Assembly (NCBI GenBank): GCA_040757555.1
Contig: JBFLWN010000005.1
Location: forward strand, 8,045-72,044
Reading direction: 5' to 3'
Length of the DNA: 64,000 bases
DNA from: Patescibacteria group bacterium
Lineage (GTDB): Bacteria; Patescibacteriota; Minisyncoccia; UBA6257; GWB1-50-10
Shown: positions 17,658-26,829 of the stretch, piece after piece
Layout: every line of letters begins with the position of its first letter
How positions within the stretch are numbered: position 1 is the first letter of the stretch
The notes under the pieces: model-generated
What the model was told of the DNA's origin: nothing
The model's input: the letters and a program-made list of their open reading frames with translations, nothing else
Databases searched by the model: none
Translations under genes and position numbers: made by a program

Positions 17658-19367
17658 TTAAGAAGATTTTTCGGTATTGTCGTCTTTTTTATCGCCAACC
17701 ATACCGATGAGTTCACTGATGTTTATTCCTACTTTGTTTCCAAGATCTTCAAGATCAATACCCATAACCTTCAAGTTTTTAAGAACATTAAAAACGGTTT
17801 CAGGAACAACATTTCCGAGTTTATTCAAACCATTTCCATTTCCACCCATATCAACGATCTTTATCTGATCGATTGAACCGAATGGTTGTGCAACTGACTT
17901 AAATATTGCTTCGGCAATTTTACTTCCTGCATCACCGAATTTATCAACGAGACCCGGCAAACGATCAAGAACGAGAATAAATCTTGCTTTGTCGTCCATT
18001 TCTTTCAATGAAGCAGCCATTGCACTCGTACCTGCGGCATCAGCAAGAAGATATTTTTCCTTACCAAGAGCTTCGGCAAGAAGATTCTTTTCCTTACCAA
18101 GAGCTTCGGCAAGAAGATTCTTTTCCTTACCAAGAGCTTCGGCAAGAAGATTTCTTTCTTTACCTTCAGCATTAGCAAAAGCAATTGCTTTTGTTTTTGA
18201 GCTTTCGCCTTCGCCTTCCAATACTTGCGCCTGCTTTTTCGCAGTTGCCTCTTTTGTAATTTTTATTGCGGTAGCATCAGCGTCAATTTCTGCTTTTTGC
18301 TTGTTAACATTTGCTTCAATAAGTGTTTTTTCTTTTGCGGCTTCCGCTGGTTTAATAACTGTAGCAACAAGCTGTTTTTCCATTCTTAATGCTTCTTTTT
18401 CTTGAACACTAATCTGAGCTTCTTTTTCAGCGCTATCGCGTTCGGCCTGTTTTACCTTGAGAACCTTATCCTGTTCCGCAAGTTGAATATCCATCGCTTT
18501 TTCAGCTTTTGCCTTTGCAGTATCAGTAACCACCTTCATGTCCGCAATTTTTACATCGCGGTCTTTTTCGGCATCGGCAACTTTTATTGCGTTTCCGGCT
18601 TTTACCACATCAGCTTCCATGAGAGCATTTGAAACTTTTATTTCGGTATCTCTTTTTGCTTCAGCAACCTTGATATCTCTTTCTTTTGTTGCTTCTGCAA
18701 CAGTAATATCGGCATCTCTTTTTACGAATGCCACTGCCTTTTTGCCCATTGCATCAATGTATCCTTCCTTGTCATCAATTTCCTGTATAACAAGAGTCAT
18801 GAGTTGAACCCCAAGGTTCTTTAACTCATTACCGGATTCATCAATCACTGTTTGATTGAACTTATCGCGTTCTCGTAATAGCGAATCAATATCAAGTTTA
18901 CCAACGATCGAACGCAAGTGGCCCTTCAGGATATTTTGAACAAAAAGATCTCTTTCTTCCTCAGTCTTCCCGAGAAAGTTCTGGGCCGCATTAATCAAAT
19001 CTTCTTCATTTGTACTAATTTTACACGTCGCCACACCCTTCACATTGATTTTTACCGTATCTTTGTTTGGGATGCTGGTTTCGTCGATATCAACCTGAAA
19101 TGCCGTGGTCGACATCTCCTGCACACTTTCAACAAATGGCATAAGAATTCGTCCGCCACCATTTAAGACCTTGAACCCGAGAGTTACGGGTTTCCCTTCT
19201 TTATCATGGTGTACATATTTACGACCATAAAAGATAAGCGCTTTATCGGGCGCACACTTTTTATAGCGACTGCCAATGAACTTTATTGCGAGAATAAATA
19301 CAATTGCCACGAGCAAAATCATTCCCGGAATAAACAAATGCTGAAAGAAATTTGATGCTGATTCCAT
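17658..19367 (-). CDS. Flotillin / SPFH (band 7) family protein
   Basis: 569 aa; N-terminal TM, SPFH domain, long Ala/Glu/Lys-rich helical region with a 3x EKNLLAEALGK repeat. Confidence 0.8.
   Translation of the reverse strand: MESASNFFQHLFIPGMILLVAIVFILAIKFIGSRYKKCAPDKALIFYGRKYVHHDKEGKPVTLGFKVLNGGGRILMPFVESVQEMSTTAFQVDIDETSIPNKDTVKINVKGVATCKISTNEEDLINAAQNFLGKTEEERDLFVQNILKGHLRSIVGKLDIDSLLRERDKFNQTVIDESGNELKNLGVQLMTLVIQEIDDKEGYIDAMGKKAVAFVKRDADITVAEATKERDIKVAEAKRDTEIKVSNALMEADVVKAGNAIKVADAEKDRDVKIADMKVVTDTAKAKAEKAMDIQLAEQDKVLKVKQAERDSAEKEAQISVQEKEALRMEKQLVATVIKPAEAAKEKTLIEANVNKQKAEIDADATAIKITKEATAKKQAQVLEGEGESSKTKAIAFANAEGKERNLLAEALGKEKNLLAEALGKEKNLLAEALGKEKYLLADAAGTSAMAASLKEMDDKARFILVLDRLPGLVDKFGDAGSKIAEAIFKSVAQPFGSIDQIKIVDMGGNGNGLNKLGNVVPETVFNVLKNLKVMGIDLEDLGNKVGINISELIGMVGDKKDDNTEKSS
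18049..18165. repeat. 33-bp perfect tandem repeat (3 copies plus degenerate flanks) inside the flotillin CDS
   Basis: TTACCAAGAGCTTCGGCAAGAAGATTCTTTTCC x3; encodes LAEALGKEKNL repeats. Confidence 0.8.
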
Positions 19368-19432
19368 GTGGAACCTCCTTAAGTTAAATGAAAGAAATAA
19401 TTACCTTTTTACTTTTCCTATGTGATACAAAA

Positions 19433-19984
19433 TCATTTTTGTTCAACATATAATTTACCACCCACTACATCTACCACAACAATGGACGATCCTTTTTGAA
19501 TTAGGTTTCCATTTTTTGAATATGCGAAGTATGTTTGTGACTGTCCCTTTACAAGAATTGATACTTCGCCCATTCCCTTTTCTGAGATGGTTGTGGTAAC
19601 TACTCCATTTTGTCCAATACAGGTATTTGGGTTGAGAATTGACGTCGATTGCTGAGAATACAGTATGCGCATAATGCCATACATAAGCCCAGCAGCCAGA
19701 ACACCAACGCCAACGCCGATAACCGAGGCAAGTTCATATGATGCATTGAGATGACGCGCAATAGCGCCCGCCGCACCAAATGCAGTAACAAACGAGCTTA
19801 ACACCTTCATTGAAAAAATACTGATAGTTGGCTCATCACTTATTTCGCCGTGATCGGCATCATGATCAAGATGAACATCATGATCATGATCAAATGCGCC
19901 TTCGTGTTCATCCCCCCCACCAAAAATGTGAGAGCCGATGAGAAAAAGTGCACCTGTAATCGCGATTGAAACAAACACTAACAT
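19433..19984 (-). CDS. NfeD-like membrane protein (flotillin partner, YuaF/YqiJ type)
   Basis: Start MLVFVSIAITG at 19984 preceded by GGAGG. His/Asp-rich loop, TM segments, C-terminal OB-fold-like region. Directly upstream of flotillin. Confidence 0.65.
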   Translation of the reverse strand: MLVFVSIAITGALFLIGSHIFGGGDEHEGAFDHDHDVHLDHDADHGEISDEPTISIFSMKVLSSFVTAFGAAGAIARHLNASYELASVIGVGVGVLAAGLMYGIMRILYSQQSTSILNPNTCIGQNGVVTTTISEKGMGEVSILVKGQSQTYFAYSKNGNLIQKGSSIVVVDVVGGKLYVEQK

Positions 19985-20169
19985 TTTTTCCTCCTTCTTT
20001 GATTTGTGAATTCTGTATATAGATTTGTCAATTTGTATTGCTGGCAGTATTCTAACATTTATAATATAAATGTCAATACCTAGTAGATTTGACAAATACA
20101 CGCAAAATATTTATTGTATCTCAAGCACTATTAAATAAATATTTCTAATAAAAGGAATGGAGGTATCAT

Positions 20170-21333
20170 ATGGAATCAGGAATTTTAGTTGCTTTCATTA
20201 TTGTTTTTTTGATTGGTCTCGGTATTGGATTTGCTTGGGGGAAAAAAACAAGAAAAGAAGAGAGAGAAGATAATCTTCGTTTTCAACAATCGCCATCACA
20301 ATTTGTATCTCCCCCACCACGAAGAAAAAGTCCTATTGAGGAGTTTGGCGATAGACTGAATGAATTACTGAGAACAAATGATCTAAAAACTGCATTTTTT
20401 TCTGCATTCAATGAAGTGAGTAATAAGTTTTCTGACGGTGATAGGTTAAATTTTGCAGAAGCATTAGAAGAGACGGCAAAAAACAGTAAGTATAATCCGT
20501 CAGATCTTGTGACAATAATGGCGGAAGAGAACTACTCACTTGGGAAAATTGCAAACTTTTTGAACGATAACACAAATCTTGAGGTGAAAGAGTTTACTGA
20601 AGCACTTGTTCCATTTGCAAAAGGAGATACTCCAAAACTCAAGGCGGCGGAACTATTAAGCGCCATAGAAAACATCTTTGATCTTAATGATGAGGGTGAA
20701 AATCTTATTCCTTCGCTCATCACATTAGGATGCTCGCCGAACGAAATTGCCGAATCATTGTACGAGAATACATCAATGGACCTTCTGGATGTAATAAAAG
20801 CAATGAAGTGGGAAAATTCTCCTTTGGATATTATCGCACTCGCAAAGAAATTGAAAACCGACCTCACGGATAGCGATGAGTATAAATCACTTCGGGACAC
20901 CGAAGGTATCGATTTTAAAACCGCCGCAAAAATTCTTAAAGAATGTGGAAGTACGGCACTTGATATCCTAAATACCGAAGAAGAATATGACACTATCCCT
21001 GATGATGATACGGATGAAATGAAAAATGTTATTGAGATACTCTCTGCAGCTGAATTTTCAAGAAGCGAAATTCTTGATGCAATATGGGAATCCAATTTTA
21101 TGCAAAATAAAAATGGCGGAGAAATTGTCGATTCGCTTTATGATGCTGGTGTTCCTATGAATGAAATCAATGAACTGCTTATTGCAAAAAATTATGATCT
21201 GGACGATCTCGATCAAGAATTACGTGATAATACAGGCATGGAGTTGAAAACTCGCATAGAGCTCATGCACATGTTTTTGAACACAGATAAGAAAAACCCG
21301 GTAGAAGAAAAGAAGGATGGGGAGAAATCGTAA
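20170..21333 (+). CDS. Hypothetical membrane-anchored acidic protein with internal helical repeats
   Basis: N-terminal TM (ILVAFIIVFLIGLGIGFAWG); repeated ~35-aa units containing xPxEIxxSLYE-like motifs. Confidence 0.5.
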   Translation: MESGILVAFIIVFLIGLGIGFAWGKKTRKEEREDNLRFQQSPSQFVSPPPRRKSPIEEFGDRLNELLRTNDLKTAFFSAFNEVSNKFSDGDRLNFAEALEETAKNSKYNPSDLVTIMAEENYSLGKIANFLNDNTNLEVKEFTEALVPFAKGDTPKLKAAELLSAIENIFDLNDEGENLIPSLITLGCSPNEIAESLYENTSMDLLDVIKAMKWENSPLDIIALAKKLKTDLTDSDEYKSLRDTEGIDFKTAAKILKECGSTALDILNTEEEYDTIPDDDTDEMKNVIEILSAAEFSRSEILDAIWESNFMQNKNGGEIVDSLYDAGVPMNEINELLIAKNYDLDDLDQELRDNTGMELKTRIELMHMFLNTDKKNPVEEKKDGEKS

Positions 21334-21346
21334 CCATTCCAAAATA

Positions 21347-21377
21347 TAAAAACCACCAAATATATCGGTGGTTTTTT
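21347..21377 (+). terminator. Rho-independent terminator
   Basis: AAAAACCACCAAATATATCGGTGGTTTTTT. Confidence 0.7.
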
Positions 21378-21446
21378 AATGGCAAGAAGATATTATATCT
21401 TAAGTAATATTTCATTTAATCCAAAAACAGAGTAAATTTACGATAT

Positions 21447-22160
21447 ATGCCACCAGAATTTACCATAGTAATCCCCGCAAAAAATGAGGAACACTATATA
21501 GGAAAGCTACTCGAATCAATCAGGGATCAGGATTATCAAAATATAAAAGATGTGCCGATTTTTGTTGCGGACGCTGAATCAACCGACCACACACGCGCGG
21601 TTGTCGAAACATTTTCTAATATACTGAACATCGCCATCATCAAAGGTGGTCCTGTTGCAGTCGGAAGAAACAATGGCGCTGAATATGCAAATACAAAGTA
21701 TCTTTTGTTTATCGATGCCGATGTTGAATTGAAAGATAAAACAATACTACGGCGAACGATAGAAATAATGGAGAAAAAGAAACTTCATTGTGTAGGTGCA
21801 TATATACAATGCAGTAATGGAACAATACCTGATCATTTCACTTATTTTTTGAACAACCTTGTCCAATTTTTCGCTCGGTTTTCTTCCCCGTTCGCAGTGG
21901 GGGCGTTTATGTGCATACGAAAAGACATTTTTGAAACATTAGGAAAATTCAATACAAACATACACTTTGCCGAGGATTATTTCCTTTCAAAAGATATTTC
22001 CCCAAGAAAATTCAGAATAATTGGAAGTGTATTTACCGATAATAGAAGGTTTAAAAAGGTGGGTCACTGGAATATGGTAAAAAAATTTGTGAGAGTCGCC
22101 TTGAACGCAAAAAATCAATCTTATTTCTTCAAACACAAGCCCGAAGATTATTGGGATTAA
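21447..22160 (+). CDS. Family 2 glycosyltransferase
   Basis: FTIVIPAKNEE...DAESTD...FIDADVEL (GT-A DxD region). Confidence 0.75.
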   Translation: MPPEFTIVIPAKNEEHYIGKLLESIRDQDYQNIKDVPIFVADAESTDHTRAVVETFSNILNIAIIKGGPVAVGRNNGAEYANTKYLLFIDADVELKDKTILRRTIEIMEKKKLHCVGAYIQCSNGTIPDHFTYFLNNLVQFFARFSSPFAVGAFMCIRKDIFETLGKFNTNIHFAEDYFLSKDISPRKFRIIGSVFTDNRRFKKVGHWNMVKKFVRVALNAKNQSYFFKHKPEDYWD

Positions 22161-22166
22161 AAACGT

Positions 22167-22194
22167 CTAGGAAAGTACGATCGTACTTTCCTAG
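22167..22194. repeat. Perfect 28-bp palindrome CTAGGAAAGTACGATCGTACTTTCCTAG
   Basis: Read directly from sequence; sits just after the GT2 stop. Confidence 0.9.
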
Positions 22195-22221
22195 ACACTG
22201 TGTTCTCTAGTGTAAAGAAAA

Positions 22222-22249
22222 ATCCCGCCGTTCCATGGAACGGCGGGAT
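22222..22249. terminator. Perfect 28-bp palindrome ATCCCGCCGTTCCATGGAACGGCGGGAT; terminator for the minus-strand gene
   Basis: Flanked by an A-run (T-run on the minus strand). Confidence 0.6.
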
Positions 22250-22257
22250 AAATGGTG

Positions 22258-22485
22258 TTATTTCGGCTGACTTTCTTGTTTTAGAAGATAAATTTGCCGT
22301 TCAAAATTCATAAGTTGTTTGTTCAATGTTTGTATGGTTTCCACATTTTTCCCGATAAGCACATCAGTGATATACACTTGCCACCAATACATCACACCAA
22401 CCGCAATGATAATAATCACGGTTTGCCCAATAATAAAATATAAAATACTTTTCCCCCCAGTTTTCTTCTGATTCATAGAATACAC
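22258..22485 (-). CDS. Small single-TM protein with C-terminal coiled coil (FtsL/DivIC-like architecture)
   Basis: 75 aa; TM followed by a heptad-like segment. Confidence 0.35.
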   Translation of the reverse strand: MYSMNQKKTGGKSILYFIIGQTVIIIIAVGVMYWWQVYITDVLIGKNVETIQTLNKQLMNFERQIYLLKQESQPK

Positions 22486-22607
22486 AAGATTCTGATGACC
22501 TTTCTTTGATTATACCATACTGAAAACCCGGAGAACCCAAGAAATTGACTAAATCTTGTTTTTCTATCACTATAGTACAAGCTCATAAAAATAAAGAGGT
22601 GTGTGAA

Positions 22608-22964
22608 ATGACAACAGAAACAAGGAGTTTTCTCCAAAGTGTCCTAAAAAATGAATTTGATCCCATTCAAGATGAAATTTATGCTATCGTTCCAGAAGGT
22701 AAAAAAAATATCGCTGTTGCCCGCGCATGGCTTGAAAGTAAGGGAAAAACAATTCTTTTTCTTGTATGGAAAAGAAATTCCGGTCGCATGAAGTATATGC
22801 AAATCAAGAAAGTTGCCAATAGAGAAGAACTTCACGTAGACCAAATTGTTGTTCAAAATGGGATGGTAATTATCTCAATTGACGCAGGTGAAGGATATGG
22901 AAAAAGACATCTCATGGAAAAAAGAGAAATCCCCTTATCTGAACTAAAGGGACTAAAGAAATAA
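22608..22964 (+). CDS. Hypothetical protein
   Basis: Start MTTETRSF preceded by AAAGAGGTG; 118 aa. Confidence 0.4.
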   Translation: MTTETRSFLQSVLKNEFDPIQDEIYAIVPEGKKNIAVARAWLESKGKTILFLVWKRNSGRMKYMQIKKVANREELHVDQIVVQNGMVIISIDAGEGYGKRHLMEKREIPLSELKGLKK

Positions 22965-22968
22965 AATA

Positions 22969-23000
22969 AAAATCCCCCGCTAAACGCGAGGGATTTTTTT
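22969..23000. terminator. Bidirectional terminator
   Basis: AAATCCCCCGCTAAACGCGAGGGATTTTTTTG between convergent genes. Confidence 0.65.
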
Positions 23001-23007
23001 GTCGGTA

Positions 23008-23313
23008 TTAAAACCTTCGTGGAGGTCTTCGATCTCTATCATAATCTCTCCTTGGAGGCCTATCTCCCATTGGTTTTGCTTCATTAACCACCAATGTGCG
23101 TCCGCCAAATTCTTTTCCGTTCCATGTTTCTATCGCTTTTTCCGCTTCATCGTCATTTGCCATTTCGACAAATCCGAATCCACGTGAGCGTCCGGTCATT
23201 TTATCAGTGATGATTGATGCTCCGGTCACTTCTCCAGTTTGTGCAAACACTCCTTTCAATTCGTCCTCGGTAGTGGAATATGGTAATCCTCCGACATATA
23301 GTCTCTTTGACAT
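23008..23313 (-). CDS. RRM-type RNA-binding protein
   Basis: RNP-2 LYVGGL and RNP-1 RGFGFVEM; Arg/Asp-rich tail. Confidence 0.85.
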   Translation of the reverse strand: MSKRLYVGGLPYSTTEDELKGVFAQTGEVTGASIITDKMTGRSRGFGFVEMANDDEAEKAIETWNGKEFGGRTLVVNEAKPMGDRPPRRDYDRDRRPPRRF

Positions 23314-23473
23314 ATATTTATGTGAATTTAAATTACTGTAGGACGACCCTCTTCTCTCCCGCCGCCCTCAAGTGATGAGAACCATATCTCACAAACTAAA
23401 GAAACAAAGCGTCTGAGACCCTACAGGTATGATAGTACAACTATTCTCCGTAATGTAAAGGCTGTGTATATCT

Positions 23474-24787
23474 CTAAAATGAGAACCTCTCATAATGGAC
23501 ACGTCTTCTCGGAATACCTATCTCTTTGAGTGCATCCAATACTCCCTTCATCATAGGCGATGGACCACAGAGATAGATATCGCGCTCTTTCACATCGGGA
23601 ACAAGCCGAAGAATTTTTTCCTTATCAATAAATCCTTTTTCTCCGTTCCATTTTTCATCGTTACTCAACACGTGATACACACGAAATCCGTCCTTCAAAA
23701 AAGAATTTAACTCCTCTTTAAAAATAATATCTTTCTCTTCTCTGTTTCCCCAGAGAAGAACTTCATCTTTCTTTCCTGAAAAATATTCTATGAGTGATCG
23801 TATGGGAGTGATTCCAATACCTCCCGCGATATGAAGAACCTTTTTTTCTTCGCTTACTTTATGGGTAAATATGCCGTGGGGACCATCAATAAGAACCGGA
23901 GTACCAATCGGAATACGGGAAATCTTTTCACTGAAATCTCCAAGACTCTTCACGGTGATTCTGATAAAAGTGCCATTCGGGGCAACGGAAAGAGAATACG
24001 GATGTGCATCAAAGAAAAAGTTTTTATGCAAAAAACGAAATATAAAAAATTGACCCGGATCAAGATGGAACTTCTCCATATGTTTTCCCGAAATGTAAAT
24101 CGAAACACATTCATTATTTTCGTGTACCACCCGGTCAACAAAAAACCGATGTTTCCAGAAATTATACAATGGGGTGAAAAAACGATAAAAAAGCAAATTT
24201 CCAAAAACGAATATATACAGTACATACCAATACACCACGAAGGGAGTATTATTTTGGAAATCTCCCCCATTTTCTATCTGATGTCCGAATGCAAGCGCAA
24301 TTGCGACATACATCCCAAGATGCATTACATACCACCATTCATATTTCAATTTTTTCTTTATGAGAGAAAACGAAATAACAATGAGGAAAATAAAAATGAG
24401 GAACGCCGCATATGCCTGAAGCATATCACTCCAATTGAATAGAAATAGTTTTGTTTGTTCAATATACGATACCTCACTAAATCCCTTATATGCGGTAGTG
24501 ATAAAAAATGGATGTAAAAAAACAAAGAAAAGAGTGGCCACTCCATTTATGTGGTGAATGCGAAATAATTTATCCAACCCAAAAAGAGATTCAACCCACT
24601 TTACTCGCCCAATAAGCACTAACTGAAAAAGAGATGCAAATGCAGCGAGGAGACCCGCAAGGCGCCCAAGCGACAATACCACTTGCCGTATATCACCGAA
24701 AAGCAAAGCGCCCGATTTTTGAAACCAAAAAAACAAAAGGAGTCCAAAAACAAGAACGCATAAAATAAATAAAAATAATTTTTTCAT
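23474..24787 (-). CDS. Ferric-reductase-like transmembrane domain fused to FAD/NAD(P)-binding FNR-like domain (NOX/Fre-like membrane oxidoreductase)
   Basis: 6 TM with conserved His; HPYSLS flavin motif; GGIGITP NAD(P) motif. Confidence 0.75.
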   Translation of the reverse strand: MKKLFLFILCVLVFGLLLFFWFQKSGALLFGDIRQVVLSLGRLAGLLAAFASLFQLVLIGRVKWVESLFGLDKLFRIHHINGVATLFFVFLHPFFITTAYKGFSEVSYIEQTKLFLFNWSDMLQAYAAFLIFIFLIVISFSLIKKKLKYEWWYVMHLGMYVAIALAFGHQIENGGDFQNNTPFVVYWYVLYIFVFGNLLFYRFFTPLYNFWKHRFFVDRVVHENNECVSIYISGKHMEKFHLDPGQFFIFRFLHKNFFFDAHPYSLSVAPNGTFIRITVKSLGDFSEKISRIPIGTPVLIDGPHGIFTHKVSEEKKVLHIAGGIGITPIRSLIEYFSGKKDEVLLWGNREEKDIIFKEELNSFLKDGFRVYHVLSNDEKWNGEKGFIDKEKILRLVPDVKERDIYLCGPSPMMKGVLDALKEIGIPRRRVHYERFSF

Positions 24788-26508
24788 TATTCCCCCTTAC
24801 ATTTTTTACATAAATCTTTCACTGCGGCTGGCACCATTTCACACGAAGGAGCCATCATAAAATTCCTACACATATCTTCACTCAAAGCACCCTGGGGCGT
24901 ACCCATGGGAATTCCCTGAGGAGATACCATTCCACTTGGAATATTTTGGGGAATAACTCCCCTCATTTCTTCCTCAATAAGTTTTTTTGCTTCCTCTGGA
25001 CTCCGTATCTCTCCTTGTCGTATTTTCTCTTGTATACCGCTCGACCCAATCTTTTCTTCTATTATTCCCCTCATTTCCTGTGGAACCTGATTCAAACCCT
25101 CTTGCATCTTCTGTTGCATCATTCCCTGCATAACACCGGCACATCCCTCAAATACACCGGCGATTTCTGGTCCAATTTCAACATCTTCTCCACGTTTTAT
25201 TTTTTCTATTGTTTCTTTTCCAATTTTTTCTTCAACACAACCCATCATTTCTGGAGGCATTGTCTCAAGCGCATCTCTCATTTTTTTTATTCCCTCTTCC
25301 TTCATTTTTGAAAAACAATTTTTCATGACATCGCCCATTTCTGGGGTTGGCGCATCCCCGTTTTTTATCGCATTAAGCTTGTCTGAACCACCCAATCCTT
25401 GTTCTAAGCATTGAATAGTTTCAGGGGTTGCAATCTTCAATCCTTCATTTATTTTTTGCTTTATTTTTGGCAAAAATGCATCAACACATTTTTTTACCTG
25501 GTCTCCAAGTAATGGACCAGGAACCAATGTTCCTCCCTCTATTTTCTGAACAACATCATCTCCAAGATTATTTTTCAAACACCCGACCATCTCTTCTGGC
25601 ATCTGTCGTATCCCAGATCGAAGTCTTCCCATCCCCTCTTCAATTTCTTTTAATTTTTCCTCTGGAATAATGTTATGTTCTTTTGCAAATGCAAAACATA
25701 CCCCTTGGTTTTCTGGTGTATTACAATACGCATCACACGATTCTTTTGATCGACATCCCCCAGGACCCTTTCCCCCAGTTTTCTTTGCCATTTCAATTTC
25801 TTCAGCACTCACAATCCCAGTTTTTTCTGCAAATGAGATACACTCATTGAAATGTGTATCTGCCTCACAATACAATTCACACTCTGCCTTCGTTTTGCAT
25901 TTTCCAGGAGATTCCCCCCGTGTAATATAAGGAAGCACTTTTTTTGCCTGTTCGATTTCTTCTTTTGAAAAAAATCCTGCTTTTTCCCCAAACGCGAGAC
26001 ATTCGTCAACATGTGCTGTGTCCGCACAATATTGTTCACAACTTGACTTGTCCTTACATTGTCCAGGCAATGTTCCTCCTTCTTTTAAAGCTTTAGCAAC
26101 TTGTTTTGCCTGTGCTAAATCTTCAAGTTTTATGAAATTGTGTTTTTCCGCAAAGGCAATACACTCATCTGCGTGCGCAATGTCATTACAATATACTTCA
26201 CAATCAACTTTGTTCCTGCATTGTCCCGGCCCTTCTCCTTTCAATACATCTGCAAATTCTCTTGCCCTCTCCGCATCGTCTTTTGAAATAAGATTATGTT
26301 CTGTTCCAAACGCAGTGCATTCCGTTATATGATCCGGTTGGTTGCAGTATGTCTTACAAGTTTCTTGATTCGTACAGTTTCCCAATTCTTTTACCGGAAA
26401 CACAATTGTGGATACCTGTGCGTCCACAATAATCCAAAAACTTACAAAGATACCTAAAAAAATGATACCAACGGAAAAAAGAAAACGTTTCATATTATTT
26501 ATTTTCAA
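24787..26508 (-). CDS. Secreted/anchored cysteine-rich repeat protein (novel)
   Basis: N-terminal signal/TM; five ~48-aa repeats with C-x5-C-x3-C-x8-C spacing; then four ~45-aa PEEM.GC..EKIG repeats; Cys-rich tail. ATGA overlap with the upstream oxidoreductase. Confidence 0.6.
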   Translation of the reverse strand: MKINNMKRFLFSVGIIFLGIFVSFWIIVDAQVSTIVFPVKELGNCTNQETCKTYCNQPDHITECTAFGTEHNLISKDDAERAREFADVLKGEGPGQCRNKVDCEVYCNDIAHADECIAFAEKHNFIKLEDLAQAKQVAKALKEGGTLPGQCKDKSSCEQYCADTAHVDECLAFGEKAGFFSKEEIEQAKKVLPYITRGESPGKCKTKAECELYCEADTHFNECISFAEKTGIVSAEEIEMAKKTGGKGPGGCRSKESCDAYCNTPENQGVCFAFAKEHNIIPEEKLKEIEEGMGRLRSGIRQMPEEMVGCLKNNLGDDVVQKIEGGTLVPGPLLGDQVKKCVDAFLPKIKQKINEGLKIATPETIQCLEQGLGGSDKLNAIKNGDAPTPEMGDVMKNCFSKMKEEGIKKMRDALETMPPEMMGCVEEKIGKETIEKIKRGEDVEIGPEIAGVFEGCAGVMQGMMQQKMQEGLNQVPQEMRGIIEEKIGSSGIQEKIRQGEIRSPEEAKKLIEEEMRGVIPQNIPSGMVSPQGIPMGTPQGALSEDMCRNFMMAPSCEMVPAAVKDLCKKCKGE

Positions 26509-26761
26509 ATGGGTTTATGTACGCGCCTTTATATGGATTTACTTCCACCTTAAATGGATTTGTCTCCGGAATTTTTTCTGCGGGATTTTTCGGAATCGCA
26601 TCGTAAATTGTTCCTCCCAGCGTGTTTTCCTGTATTAATTTTTGTTTTTGTATGGCTTGATTATCCTGAGTGTCTTTATTTTTGCCAAAAACAAAAAATA
26701 AGACCACGACGATAACAACAAGAACCAACACAACGATAATGTTTTTTATTTTTGTGTCCAT
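26495..26761 (-). CDS. Small N-terminally anchored protein
   Basis: 88 aa; TM IIVVLVLVVIVVVLFFVF; 14-nt overlap with the next gene. Confidence 0.4.
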   Translation of the reverse strand: MDTKIKNIIVVLVLVVIVVVLFFVFGKNKDTQDNQAIQKQKLIQENTLGGTIYDAIPKNPAEKIPETNPFKVEVNPYKGAYINPFENK

Positions 26762-26829
26762 AAAATGGCTATGAATATTTTTAAAGACTTTTATTTACAA
26801 ATTCAGTATACCATAGACACAAGGCAAAA

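Noticed and set aside
18049-18165. Regular 33-bp tandem repeats that could be mistaken for a CRISPR array
   Set aside because: No spacers (units are contiguous), only 3-4 copies, and they lie in-frame inside the flotillin CDS encoding LAEALGKEKNL.
17989-18405. Plus-strand ORF with PRASARRFFSL repeats
   Set aside because: Antisense shadow of the flotillin repeat region; no RBS and low-complexity.
23831-24442. 203-aa plus-strand ORF inside the ferric-reductase gene
   Set aside because: Antisense; the Lys/Asn-rich product is typical of reverse-strand AT-rich coding DNA.
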